Notes under the pieces: model-generated
Told to the model about the DNA's origin: nothing
Database searches by the model: none
The model's input: the letters and a program-made list of their open reading frames with translations, nothing else
DNA from: an uncultured Phycisphaerales bacterium
GTDB lineage: Bacteria; Planctomycetota; Phycisphaerae; SM23-33; FEN-1343
Assembly (NCBI GenBank): GCA_963785635.1
Contig: CAWAWB010000025.1
Coordinates: forward strand, 4,729-68,728
Length of the DNA: 64,000 bases
Reading direction: 5' to 3'
Shown: one piece after another, positions 19,306 through 29,429 of the stretch
Numbering within the stretch: position 1 is the first letter of the stretch
Layout: every line of letters starts with the position of its first letter
Translations under genes and position numbers: made by a program

Positions 19306-20964
19306 CTAATCATTAGCATACATGGCCTCGAGGCGCGTGTGCGCCATGGCGAGCCCCGCCGGCAAGTCCATCCTGCCTCCGACGACTTCGATATAGCAGG
19401 CCGATTCGCCCGCGGCGGCCCTGGCCAACGCATCATCAAGCCCCCCGAGCGTCGTGACTTTCGCCGTGAACCAACCGCTACAGCCCAGAGCGGCGGGCAG
19501 GTCGTGATAATTCCAGGGAGCAAGATCGTTATAAACCCAATCCGGATTCTCCTCCAGCGCCCGCTCCACCATGTAGCCCTGGTTGTTGAGAACAAAAATG
19601 ATGGGCCTCAGGCCGTGGCGCCCAATCGTGCCGATGTCGGCGGCAGTCAACTGGTGAGAGCCTTCCCCGGTGAGCAGCACAGTCCGCCGCGATGGGTCGG
19701 CCAACGCAACACCCAGCGTTGCACCAGTGGCCCACCCGATTGACCCCCAGAGGGTCTGGCTGTGCACCTGTGCGCCATCGGGCAGAGGGAGCGGGACGAA
19801 CCCCGAGGTCGTGCTGCCGCTCTCAATGACAATCTGATCCATCGGCCTGAGAAACTCTCGATATCGGGCGTACATCTCAGGCGCGGTAATCGGATCATTT
19901 GGCGAGCCGGCTGGCTGGGACCCAGTCTCCCTGGGCGGCGAGCGGAATCCAAAGTTCTTTCTAACCGACCTGGCCAGCATTTCAAAGACATCGCCCATGC
20001 CAACCGGATTAAAAATCCGGTCTCCCATGCGAACGTAATCGACGTCTATGGTCACGAGCTTCTCGGGCGAAAGCTTCTGTGAGTACGCGGACGTGTTGAT
20101 GTCGTGGAAGCAGACGCCCCCGGCATCAATGACCAGATCCGCGCCCTCGACCGCCTCCAGGACGGCGCGGGACGATGCGGCCCCCGAATACATCCCAACG
20201 AACTGGGGATGAGTCTCGCTCAGCACTCCCTTGTCCATCGCCATCGTGGCGAAGGGGCAGCCCAGCCGCTCGATCAACGCCTGGAGCTTGTCCCGGAGCC
20301 CAAACCGCGTGACCGTGTATGCCGGGAGTACGGCCATCGACCGGGCCGCCTCGATCCGCGCGGCGATTGCCTCCACGGCCTTGGGCAGGTCCGGGCCGCT
20401 GGCGGGCTTTGGGTAGGGGACGGCCTGGCCAGGCGTGATCGGGGTGATGGCGTAATCGGAGGCGACGAGTATATAGGCCGGCTAATTTTGGGCCCGCGCC
20501 GTGCCGATCAGCCGCTCCATTTCGTGGGTGCAGTTGTCGGGAGTGATCACCGCCCAGGCGCACGCCGCCTGTGCGGAGATATTGGCGAAGTTCTGGAACT
20601 CCCCATCGCCGAGCGTGTGGTGGGCCATCTTGTGAACTCGCTGGTGGCGCATCGACGGCATGCCGACGAGGTGAAAGATGCATGACCGTTCGGCCTTGGC
20701 CCCCATCACGCCGTTAAGCGCGGATAGCTCGCCCACGGCATATGTGGTCATCAGCATCGAACAGCCGCGCACGCGGGCGTAGCCATCGGCCGCGTACGCC
20801 GCATCCAGCTCGTTGGAACATCCGATCCAGCGGATCGTTTCGCTGCGCACAATGGCGTCGGAGAGATTGAATGCGTAATCCCCCGGGACGCCGAAGCAGT
20901 CGGTAACTCCCTCGCGAGCAAGACGTTGCACGATGTAATCCGCGACAGTGGTTTGCTCAGCCAT
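19306..20964 (-). CDS. Thiamine-diphosphate-dependent alpha-keto-acid decarboxylase (indolepyruvate/phenylpyruvate decarboxylase family), apparent frameshift ~20440-20485
   Basis: N-terminal piece 'VADYIVQRLAREGVTDCFGVPGDYAFNL...CSNELDAAYAADGYAR'. C-terminal piece contains the TPP motif 'LTGEGSHQLTAADIGTIGRHGLRPIIFVLNNQGY'. The two ORFs are contiguous in different frames. Confidence 0.8.
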
Positions 20965-21235
20965 CGTTGGTTCTCCGCATAGTGGAGCATAGTGAATTCA
21001 GATACCCCTGGCGGCCATGGACTCAGACCGTCGGTTTCATTTGGAATGCTATGCGACTGGCGGGCCGATTCAACCAGCGCCGCCGGCAAGGTGGGTGCGG
21101 AGAACGCGGCCGGGCAAATATCCAAATCAGGTTGTTCTCCGAATAGACCTCATCCGCCACGCTGATTCCGAGTGCATAGAATTCGTTATGTCCGTCGTTT
21201 AGTTTTTTGGGCAAATAAATGAAAGGCAGTCCAAC

Positions 21236-21659
21236 ATGAGTGAGCAAATTGACGCGCTTTGCGACAATCTGAAGGACCGGCTCGATGCCATCGATGCTAA
21301 TCTTCAGCGCGCGAAAGCGAACCTCTCGGCCGCTCCGGTCAAGGCGGGACAGGCGCTACAGAGCAAACTGGACGAGGCGAAGGCCCGCGTCGAAGCGCGC
21401 TCCGCGGAGATGAAGGATGCCCGGATGCGCCAGGAGCAAACTGAAGCTAGACGTGGAAGCGGCAAAAAGCAAGATTGACGCCTGGAAAGCCAACCGCGAG
21501 CTCGACAGGCTTGAGCAATATGCCGAAGACGCCGAGCAATTCGCCGAAGACATGCTCATGGACGCCTCCGACGCCGTTGAGGATGCCGATGTCGCGGTCA
21601 TGGAAGCGATTATCGCTCGAGTGGAAGCGGACTCCGCCGCGGCGTCGAAGGCCGCATGA
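21236..21659 (+). CDS. Coiled-coil hypothetical protein, apparent frameshift ~21425
   Basis: ORFs 21236..21478 and 21417..21659 are both helical and charged ('LQRAKANLSAAPVKAGQALQSKLDEAKARVEA', 'KLDVEAAKSKIDAWKANRELDRLEQYAEDAEQFAEDM'). Confidence 0.45.
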
Positions 21660-21774
21660 GTGATTAGGTTGGAAGCGCGCCGCCCGGAAGGCGCGGGCGG
21701 CCCATAGTGTTTCCCGCGCGGCCGCCGAACAAGTGCGGTCGAAAGTGGTCACGGGGATGTCAGCCGAATAATCC

Positions 21775-22812
21775 GTGATGGAAAACCGCGAAAGGTCATA
21801 CCCGATACTGCGGATCCTGCTGGCAGGGGCGGCCCTGGTCGTGATTATCGCAGGCCTGCGCGCCGCTCGCGAACTTGTGGTGCCATTCCTGCTGGCCGTG
21901 TTCATTGCCGTCCTGTGCCTGTCGATCCTGGGCTGGCTGCGCCGCAAGGGTCTGCCTCACTGGCTGGCGGTGCTCCTGATCATGCTGACTTTTCTCCTGC
22001 TTGGGTCGGTCCTGGCCCTCTTCGTAGGGGTCTCAGTAAACTCGTTTATTCAGGCTTTACCGGACTACGTATCTCGAATGGATGTGCAAATAACGGCTTT
22101 TCTGGACTGGCTCAAAACCCGGCATATCAACTTGTCGATCCAGGCTCTTGCGGATTTTATTAACCCCGGCAAGGCCATGACGATTATCCAAACGGTGGTC
22201 TCCGCGTTGCTCGGAATCATCAGCGACGGGCTGGTCGTCTTGCTCATCGTGTTGTTTGGGCTGGTCGAGGTTCCCAGTTTCCCGGGCAAGTTGCGCGCGG
22301 CCGCGAAAAATCCGGAAAAGACTTTGGCGGCCATCGCGCAATTCCGCCGGACCGCGCAACAGTACGTGCTTACCAAGACGATCACCAGCGCGACCACGGC
22401 CGTGGCGATCTACATCTTCCTGATGATCCTGGGCGTCAATTACGCCTTGTTGTGGAGCCTGCTGGCATTTCTATTGAACTTTGTGCCCTATATAGGGTCC
22501 TTTCTCGCCGCCATTCCCGCGGTTCTGCTCGCCCTTGCTCAATTCGGGGCAGGATATGCCGCGCTGACGGTTCTGGGATACGTGTGCATCAATACGGGGG
22601 TAGGAATTCTGGAGCCGAGGCTCATGGCCCGCCGGATCCAAGGCCTTTCGGCGCTGGTGGTGTTTCTTTCGCTGATATTCTGGGGATGGATCCTTGGCCC
22701 CGTGGGCGCCTTGTTGTCGGTTCCTTTGACGACCGTTGTCAAGATTGCCCTGCAAAGCTATCACGACTCTCGCTGGGCCGCCGCCTTGCTCGGGCCAGTG
22801 CCTTCGGATTGA
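21775..22812 (+). CDS. AI-2E family transporter (PerM/UPF0118)
   Basis: Polytopic membrane protein with 'LLNFVPYIGSFLAAIPAVLLAL' and 'LSALVVFLSLIFWGWILGPVGALLSVPLT', as in AI-2E permeases. Confidence 0.8.
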   Translation: MMENRERSYPILRILLAGAALVVIIAGLRAARELVVPFLLAVFIAVLCLSILGWLRRKGLPHWLAVLLIMLTFLLLGSVLALFVGVSVNSFIQALPDYVSRMDVQITAFLDWLKTRHINLSIQALADFINPGKAMTIIQTVVSALLGIISDGLVVLLIVLFGLVEVPSFPGKLRAAAKNPEKTLAAIAQFRRTAQQYVLTKTITSATTAVAIYIFLMILGVNYALLWSLLAFLLNFVPYIGSFLAAIPAVLLALAQFGAGYAALTVLGYVCINTGVGILEPRLMARRIQGLSALVVFLSLIFWGWILGPVGALLSVPLTTVVKIALQSYHDSRWAAALLGPVPSD

Positions 22813-22875
22813 CCCGGATGGGAGTGCGGACGGCTCTGCCGCACGTGAATTGATGTTTTGGTGGCGCCACGATTC

Positions 22876-23032
22876 GGTGCCACGGGTGCGTTGTGTGCAG
22901 CCGTGCGCAAGACCACCATGAAAACCAAAAGGTCGAAAGGGAGCAGATGAAGCTTTCCTCTGCTTGCCTTTCGAGCCATTGGGCCAATTGATGATTCTGG
23001 CGCACGGCTGCACACAACGCAGCCGTGGCACC
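22876..23032. repeat. 33-bp inverted repeats (32/33 match) around a 91-nt spacer; MITE-like or long stem-loop
   Basis: 22876-22908 'ggtgccacgggtgcgttgtgtgcagccgtgcgc' against 23000-23032 'gcgcacggctgcacacaacgcagccgtggcacc'. Confidence 0.75.
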
Positions 23033-23058
23033 ATCTGATCGTCGACGAGAGGCTGCCT

Positions 23059-23451
23059 TTAGACCGGCGTCTTCAAGCGCGTCAGGGCTTCCTTGCGGGC
23101 CTTGGGATGCGCCGTGCGGTAGGCCATGAGGACCTCCGTCTCGTCCGGCGACAGCTTGCCGATGTCGCTCGCCAGGATCGGCGGCACCTCCAGCACGTTC
23201 TCCCGTATGAACTTGGCGAAGGTCTGCTGCATCGCGTCCCGCACATCGGAGCGGACCCAGAGATACATCAGCATCGCGCAAGCATGGTGGCAACGGCCAG
23301 GGATCAGTCCTGATTCCACGTAGTCGTCCCAGGGCTTGTACACCTCGGGCTCTACGCGGTACGCAACCTGTACGCTTGCTCTTCGGTTTTCTTCCATAGG
23401 TTCCCTTGTTCTCGGTCTTCCTCTAGGCATGTCTTCATTTTGGATACTCAA
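23059..23451 (-). CDS. Hypothetical protein, divergent from the excisionase-like operon
   Basis: 130-aa ORF with protein-like composition and no recognisable motif. Start uncertain (TTG at 23451 or ATG at 23430). Confidence 0.45.
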   Translation of the reverse strand: MSIQNEDMPRGRPRTREPMEENRRASVQVAYRVEPEVYKPWDDYVESGLIPGRCHHACAMLMYLWVRSDVRDAMQQTFAKFIRENVLEVPPILASDIGKLSPDETEVLMAYRTAHPKARKEALTRLKTPV

Positions 23452-23537
23452 AATTAGATTGTCAAGCCTTTTTTTGGTCTACCTCCCCCGGCTTTTGTCA
23501 CTAGTCGGAAAATCCAGCTAAATCCATAAATTTACCC

Positions 23538-23566
23538 TTGACAGAATCTTCATCTACCGTTACTAT
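23538..23566 (+). promoter_or_regulatory. Near-consensus sigma70 promoter with an overlapping inverted repeat
   Basis: TTGACA (23538-23543), a 17-nt spacer, then TACTAT (23561-23566). The inverted repeat 'ctaccgt-tactatcc-acggtag' spans the -10 element. The region is AT-rich. Confidence 0.45.
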
Positions 23567-23628
23567 CCACGGTAGAAATTCAATATCACGGTCTGAACTT
23601 GATGTTCTGGCTGAAAGAGAGGGTTGAT

Positions 23629-23952
23629 ATGATGGCTTTTGAGGATGCGTGTGTAGATGCAACTCTTTATGCACAATGGCTTAAGGAATTGACATCGGTG
23701 CAGGCCCTGGCCGCCAGGGCCGCCTCCATCATGGGGTGCGTGGGGCTTTTGCTGCCGGGGGAATTTGCTATTTGCCTTGATCTGCTGCCGGCCGATGAGC
23801 TGGCGGCATTTACCGCGGCCAATTACCCCTTCGCCACGGATGATGAGACCTGGCGGGCGCACTGCCTGGCACTATACGAGCGGCCGGATCATCCCAGCCT
23901 GACGGCCGAGCAGCGAAACGGCCGCCGCGCAAGTTGGGGAGGTGGCAAATGA
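23629..23952 (+). CDS. Hypothetical protein (first gene of a 3-gene mini-operon)
   Basis: ATG at 23629 is preceded by 'gagaggg'. Alternative starts lie at 23599 and 23602. ATGA overlap with the next gene at 23949-23952. Confidence 0.45.
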   Translation: MMAFEDACVDATLYAQWLKELTSVQALAARAASIMGCVGLLLPGEFAICLDLLPADELAAFTAANYPFATDDETWRAHCLALYERPDHPSLTAEQRNGRRASWGGGK

Positions 23953-24299
23953 TCGCCAGTTTATCCAGGCCCATCTCCCGCCGCGCCGCCGGGAAAACAC
24001 TCGTTTTATCCGGTATCTCGCAAAGACAGCGGAGGGCCACGGCTCGAGGCAGGATTCTGACCTACAGTCGAAAAGAACTTGCATCCAAAATGGGTCTGGC
24101 CCCCCGCCGCCTGGAGCGAATCGAGTGCATGGCCAAGCTGCACCTGCTTGAGGGGCTGGCAAGATCGGCGCCGCACGTGCTCAAGGAGCTGGGGGCAAGT
24201 CCGGAGCAGATGAACTTTCTGATGGCCGCGCGGTTTTCCCCGGCGGGCGCCCGCAGGTCTTGGCGCCGGTGGTGTCGGCTTGGCGGCTTCCAATCGTAA
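23949..24299 (+). CDS. Hypothetical basic protein with possible HTH
   Basis: ATG at 23949 is preceded by GGAGG. 'YSRKELASKMGLAPRRLERIE' looks like a helix-turn-helix segment. Translationally coupled to the upstream gene. Confidence 0.4.
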   Translation: MIASLSRPISRRAAGKTLVLSGISQRQRRATARGRILTYSRKELASKMGLAPRRLERIECMAKLHLLEGLARSAPHVLKELGASPEQMNFLMAARFSPAGARRSWRRWCRLGGFQS

Positions 24300-24322
24300 G
24301 CAGCGAGAGAGGAGTTGGCGGA

Positions 24323-24550
24323 ATGCTTAGTGCAACCAGATCGCGCATACTGAGGACTCATCCCCTGACGGCGCGGCAGGCGGCGGACTATCTGCAATTT
24401 TCCCAGGGGCACCTGTACAACCTTATCAGCCGCGGCCTGGCACCGCCGCACATCAAGTATTCGGGCCAGCACCGGTTTAAACTGAGGGATCTGAACCGAT
24501 GGGTGGCATCGACCAGCCGCGCGGCAGCGGATCGGGACTGGTCCGATTAA
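24323..24550 (+). CDS. Excisionase/AlpA-type (MerR-superfamily HTH_17-like) DNA-binding protein
   Basis: 'LTARQAADYLQFSQGHLYNLISRGLAPPHIKYSGQHRFKLRDLNRWV' matches the usual excisionase-family pattern. AGGAG lies upstream of the ATG. Confidence 0.6.
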   Translation: MLSATRSRILRTHPLTARQAADYLQFSQGHLYNLISRGLAPPHIKYSGQHRFKLRDLNRWVASTSRAAADRDWSD

Positions 24551-24558
24551 AAAAAGAT

Positions 24559-24698
24559 AACCACAAAGACCACAAAGATCACAGAGGGCACAAAGAAAAG
24601 AGAGGCCAAAAGCGTGGAATCAGCGTTCATGAGTCTTGACGTTAGCCCTGAGTGTCTTCTTTGTGTTCTTCGTGGTCTTTGTGATCTTTGTGGTTTGC
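24559..24698. repeat. Inverted pair of the CACAAAG / CTTTGTG repeat, upstream of pncB
   Basis: Left arm 'aaccacaaagaccacaaagatcacagagggcacaaagaaaagagagg'. Right arm 'gtcttctttgtgttcttcgtggtctttgtgatctttgtggtttgc'. The right arm ends 41 nt before the pncB ATG. Confidence 0.85.
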
Positions 24699-24738
24699 TT
24701 TTCTTGTCTTAAGTCTTTCGGCGTGCAAGGATAAACTG

Positions 24739-26206
24739 ATGGGCGCAGAAGACAAAAACCGTTGCCCGCCGGCGCTGTTGACGGACCTGTACCAGTTCAC
24801 CATGGCCTACGGCTATTGGAAGGCGGGCCTGGCGGACAGGCAGGCGGCCTTTCACATCTTCTTTCGCCGCCATCCCTTTGGCGGCGGGTATACGCTGGCC
24901 TGCGGCCTGGAAGGGGCAATCAAATTCGTCGAACATTTTGGCTTCAGCGCGGATGACCTGTCCTATCTGGGCGAGCAAAAGGGTGTAACGGGCCGGCCGC
25001 TTTTTGAGCGAGCGTTCCTGGACTATCTCGGGGCCCTCAAGCTGGAAGTGGAGATGGACGCTGTGCCCGAAGGCACTGTGGTCTTTCCTCACGAGCCTTT
25101 AGTCCGCGTGGTGGGCAAGGTGCTGCAATGCCAGTTGCTCGAAACGGCTCTTTTGAATCAGATCAATTTTCCCACACTCATCGCCACCAAGGCCGCGCGA
25201 GTTTGCCTGGCGGCGCAGGGGCAGGGCGTGGTGGAATTCGGCATGCGGCGAGCGCCCAACGTGGATGGATGTCTGGCCGCCAGCCGCGCGGCGTATATCG
25301 GCGGCTGCATCGGCACATCCAACACGCTGGCGGGCAAGCTGTACGGAATTCCCATCTCGGGTACGCTGGCGCATAGCTGGGTAATGATCTTTGAGGATGA
25401 GCTTAAAGCCTTCGAGGCTTACGCCGCGGCCATGCCGGATAATTGCCTGCTCCTGGTGGATACATACAACAGCTTGGCTGGAGTGGCCAATGCGGTCAAA
25501 GCAGGCAAAAAACTCCAGCAGCAGGGCCACAGGTTCATCGGCATTCGGTTGGATAGCGGGGACCTGGCGTACCTCTCCATCCAAGCGCGACACAATGCTT
25601 GATGAAGCCGGTTTGATGGAGGCAAAAATCTTCGCCAGCGGCGATCTGGATGAGTACATCATCGAAAGCCTGCGCGGCCAGGGCGCCCGCATCGATATGT
25701 GGGGCGTGGGCACGCGCCTGTCCACCGGCCAGGATGGATCGCTCAATGGCGTGTATAAGCTCTCGGCCGTGCGCGATGGGGAAGGCCAATGGCAGTACAA
25801 GCTGAAGCTCTCCGAGCAGGTGGACAAGATAACCTCGCCGGGCATCCTCCAGGTCCGCCGTTTCCGTGGCGATCATGAATTTATGGCGGACATGATCTAC
25901 GATGAGCTTTTGGGCGTGCCATCGGAACGGGTCGTGGTCGATCCGGCGGACCCGACGCGGCGCAAGGTGATTGGGACGGAGGTGGCCCACGAGGACCTGT
26001 TGGTAAAAATCTTCCACCAGGGCCGCCGCGTGTACGATCCGCCGCCCCTGGCCGACACGCGAAAACGCGCGGCCGCGCAACTAGAGTCCCTGCACCCGGC
26101 CATACGGCGCCTGGTCAATCCGCACGAGTACCCGGCCGGCCTGGAAAAGAATCTGCACGAGCTGAAGACCAGGCTCATCCTGAAGATGAGGGGGCTGGAG
26201 AAATGA
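24739..26206 (+). CDS. pncB: Nicotinate phosphoribosyltransferase, apparent 1-nt insertion ~25590
   Basis: '[18 protein letters not shown]...[12 protein letters not shown]' continues after a frame switch as '[13 protein letters not shown]...[11 protein letters not shown]'. The junction 'tccatccaagcgc' contains an extra c. Confidence 0.85.
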
Positions 26207-26844
26207 GTAATGTCAGAGATCGGATTGACCCTTCAATAACGCGGGGTAGGCAAAAAACGCTCATTGTGACCGATATTCAGAATGATTTTCTGCCCGGCGG
26301 CGCCCTGCCCGTGCCGTATGGGGATGAGGTCGTCGATGTGGCCAATAAACTAATGAAGGAGTTTGACCTGGTCGTGGCCACGCAGGATTATCATCCACCC
26401 GATCATGCCAGCTTTGCCAGCCGGCACCCGGGGCATAAGGTGGGGGATGTGATCGACCTGGAAGGCAGGCCGCAGATCCTCTGGCCCGATCACTGCGTGC
26501 GGGAAACGGTGGGCGCGGATTTCGCCCCTGGCTTGGATCGAAGAGAAATCGACCACATCGTGCGCAAGGCCACGGATCGCAACATCGACAGCTACAGCGC
26601 CTTTTTCGATAACGGCCACCTGCGCGCCACGGGCATGCACGACTGGTTGCAGGCCCAGGGCGTGAAGGAGATCTATATCCTGGGGTTGGCCACCGACTAT
26701 TGCATCAAGTACACCGTCCTGGATGGGGCTCGGCTGGGCTACAAGATCGATGTCGTGCTGGATGGCTGCCGCGGCATCGAAAAGCAGCCGGGCGATATCG
26801 ACCGCGCGATCGAGGAGATGCGCGCGGCGGGCGCAAAATGGTGA
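26203..26844 (+). CDS. pncA: Nicotinamidase (isochorismatase family)
   Basis: 'TLIVTDIQNDFLPGGALPV', 'VATQDYHPPDHASF' and 'ILGLATDYCIKYT' carry the catalytic D, K and C context. Overlaps the pncB stop. Confidence 0.85.
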   Translation: MSNVRDRIDPSITRGRQKTLIVTDIQNDFLPGGALPVPYGDEVVDVANKLMKEFDLVVATQDYHPPDHASFASRHPGHKVGDVIDLEGRPQILWPDHCVRETVGADFAPGLDRREIDHIVRKATDRNIDSYSAFFDNGHLRATGMHDWLQAQGVKEIYILGLATDYCIKYTVLDGARLGYKIDVVLDGCRGIEKQPGDIDRAIEEMRAAGAKW

Positions 26845-27116
26845 GGTCAGTAGTTTAGGCTGTTTGAGGGCTGTTTGGTGCGGCCGGAGAAGAAACAGGG
26901 TCAATAATCTCAGTGCCAGGTAGCCTGAGTGTCGAAGATCCAAAGAGTCAGAAAATAGCGAAGACTGATAAGATGGATAAGATAGCCGAGAATCCGGATA
27001 CACAAATTCGAGTAAGCCGTTCAGGTTTTACAAGGACTTACGTTACTCAATACCGAGTACCGCGTAATACGTGAGAAAACCCGGTCGCCAGTCAGAGTGC
27101 CAAAAAGAGAGGTCCA

Positions 27117-27710
27117 ATGGGGAAAAAGGCGAACAACGAACACGTTCAAAATGCCGGAGATTTTGACACAGGCGAGCCGCGGCCGCTGGGCGTGGTGGTC
27201 TGGGCCGGAAGGCACCTGGAGGTGGAGATCCGCGAGGACTGGGAATTCGTCCGCCGCAAGAATATCTCCGGGATTGTGGGCATCGTAGCCGTGACGGATG
27301 AGGGCAAGCTGGTCCTGGTGGAGCAGTACCGCGTGCCGGCCGGCAAGTACGTGATCGAGCTGCCTGCCGGCCTGGCTGGGGATACTGTCGATGGCGAGGG
27401 GGAGGATTTGGAGATGGCCGCGCGAAGGGAGCTGCTGGAGGAGACCGGCTACAAGGCCGGCTCAATGCAGCAACTCTTTGAGGGGCTGTCTTCCGCGGGC
27501 CTGACGGATGAAAAGATCACCTTCTTCCTGGCCAAGAAGCTGCACAAGGCGGGCAAGGGCGGCGGGGAGGGCAACGAAAGGATCATTGTACACGAGGTCC
27601 CCATCAAGGAAGTTCCCCTGTGGCTCGGCCGGCAGGAGCAGCGCGGCGCGGCAGTGGACCTGAAAGTGTATTCAGCACTGGCTGTCGCGGCGGGACTTGT
27701 CACGGCGTAG
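27117..27710 (+). CDS. NUDIX hydrolase (ADP-ribose pyrophosphatase-like)
   Basis: Nudix box '[28 protein letters not shown]' within 'ELPAGLAGD...'. Located next to pncB-pncA. Confidence 0.8.
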   Translation: MGKKANNEHVQNAGDFDTGEPRPLGVVVWAGRHLEVEIREDWEFVRRKNISGIVGIVAVTDEGKLVLVEQYRVPAGKYVIELPAGLAGDTVDGEGEDLEMAARRELLEETGYKAGSMQQLFEGLSSAGLTDEKITFFLAKKLHKAGKGGGEGNERIIVHEVPIKEVPLWLGRQEQRGAAVDLKVYSALAVAAGLVTA

Positions 27711-27858
27711 CCTGCCTAGGCGAAGCCGGAGCGGTGGCTGGAGGTGATCGATCTTCGAGCAAAAATGGGGACAAAAAACGCGGACCAGACGGTTGGCCTT
27801 TCAGGGCCAAAGCCTTCTGGTCCGCGCTGCTGCTGACAAAACGTCAGGTTTAGTGAGT

Positions 27859-28191
27859 TTAGTGACGGTAACCGCCGCCGCCACCGCCACCGCCGCCATA
27901 GCCCCCGCGGCCGCCGCGCCCGCCACCGCCGCCGCCGCCGCCTTCTTCCTTGCGGGGGCGAGCTTCGTTTACTTCCACGGTCCGTCCATCGATCTGCTTG
28001 CCGGTCATCTCGGACATCGCCTTCTTCGCCTCGGAATCATTGGGCATGGTCACGAACGCGAAGCCGCGCGGCCGTCCGGTGGTGCGATCGGTGGGAACGT
28101 GGACATCTTCCACTTCGCCAAACTGACGGAACAGATCTTCCAGCGTCTTGGGGGTGACAGAGTAACTCAGGTTGCCGACGTAGAGCTTCAT
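27859..28191 (-). CDS. RRM-type RNA-binding protein with Gly-rich tail
   Basis: RNP2 'KLYVGNL', RNP1 'RGFAFVTM' and a C-terminal 'GGGGGGGGRGGRGGYGGGGGGGGGY'. ATG at 28191. Confidence 0.85.
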   Translation of the reverse strand: MKLYVGNLSYSVTPKTLEDLFRQFGEVEDVHVPTDRTTGRPRGFAFVTMPNDSEAKKAMSEMTGKQIDGRTVEVNEARPRKEEGGGGGGGGRGGRGGYGGGGGGGGGYRH

Positions 28192-28390
28192 CAACACTCT
28201 CCTGTAAGTGAAGCTCACGGGCATCACCAAAGCCGGCGGGCATCACTGGTCCAAATTCGGTTGGGCGCACGGGGCCCAACCATCCATTAAAGATTCTAGC
28301 AGGCACAAGCCCGCTTCGCCAGCGGGAGATTGCGGACCGGCGGGTCCGGCAACTGCCAGGTGCGATCATGGGCTTTTGCCCTTTTGGGCC

Positions 28391-29341
28391 TCAGATAGCT
28401 CTAATTCTTGGAGCGGTGAGCAGACCCTCCTCCTGAAGGTGGTTCAACAGCATGAAGAAATACAGAATTCCGCCGTAGCGCCGCCAATCCCCCAGGGCCT
28501 TGTGCACGCCCGCATAATCCAGCCGCCGGCGCAGGTGCATCCAGCGCGTCAGTTTATCCTGGAAGCCCACATCATCGGCCGGAAAGACGTTAATTCTCCG
28601 CAGGCCGCGCAGGAGCACGTACTGCGCCGACCAGCGGCCGATGCCCTTAAGGCCCGTAAGAAAATCCACGGCCTGCTGATCATCCAGCGTCTCGATTTCT
28701 TCCAATTTGAGCCGGCCGCGGCTGATCGCCCGGGCCAGTTCGATGATTGTGGAGGCCTTGTGCAGGCTGTAGCCGATTTTTCTCAGCTCGGCCGCGCGGG
28801 CGCCGGCCACATCTTCAGGTCGGGGAAAGGCGTGGGCGGAACTGATGGAGGAAGGTCCGAATTGCCGGGCCAGGCGATTCATCAAAATGATTCCGACCGT
28901 AAGCGACAATTGCTGGCATGAAATCGCGTTTACGAGCGCCTCCCAAATGCTGGGAAAGCGCGGCGGTTTGACACCTGAAAACTGCCGCGCGAGGTTTGCG
29001 AATTGAGGGTGCTTCTGGGCGAAGCGGTAAAAAGGGGAGAGATCCAGCCTCAGCCCCAGCATGCTATCCAGACTGTCCGCCACTTTCTTTCGCAGGCGCC
29101 GCACGGGCCGCGATGACTCCGCGGATATCGAAACGAGAGGGTTTTTCCCGGCGGCGGTTTGTGTGGCCGAAACATCGACAGGGGCGCCATCAATGAGCAG
29201 CGCGCGGCGATACGTGTTATCCTCCCAGCGGTCGATTTCATTTCGAGGGTTTCGGCGGAGAGTCCAGGCCGTCAATTCCAGGCTGAAAGGAGGCACAGGC
29301 CGTAACGAGAATCTCACCTTCACCTGTTTTTGTCCGCACAA
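28391..29341 (-). CDS. DNA-3-methyladenine glycosylase II-like (AlkA, HhH-GPD)
   Basis: 'FPSIWEALVNAISCQQLSLTVG' and the HhH 'LTGLKGIGRWSAQYVLLRGL...VFPADDVG'. Confidence 0.75.
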   Translation of the reverse strand: MCGQKQVKVRFSLRPVPPFSLELTAWTLRRNPRNEIDRWEDNTYRRALLIDGAPVDVSATQTAAGKNPLVSISAESSRPVRRLRKKVADSLDSMLGLRLDLSPFYRFAQKHPQFANLARQFSGVKPPRFPSIWEALVNAISCQQLSLTVGIILMNRLARQFGPSSISSAHAFPRPEDVAGARAAELRKIGYSLHKASTIIELARAISRGRLKLEEIETLDDQQAVDFLTGLKGIGRWSAQYVLLRGLRRINVFPADDVGFQDKLTRWMHLRRRLDYAGVHKALGDWRRYGGILYFFMLLNHLQEEGLLTAPRIRAI

Positions 29342-29429
29342 GTGTTGCGCGCTTAAAAATCAGCGCCAACCAATTATATATGCGCGGCGGCGGCGCGGCG
29401 TTTGCGGCGCTTCTCGATGGCCCGCAGGA

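Noticed and set aside
22812-24700. A complete integrative element at this locus.
   Set aside because: No integrase or recombinase, no tRNA and no att-like direct repeats are visible. Only an excisionase-type HTH and three small unknown genes are present.
27868-27960. GCC/GCCGCC simple repeat as a non-coding microsatellite.
   Set aside because: It is the antisense of the Gly-rich tail (GGGGGGGGRGGRGGYGGGG...) of the RRM protein, so it is coding low complexity.
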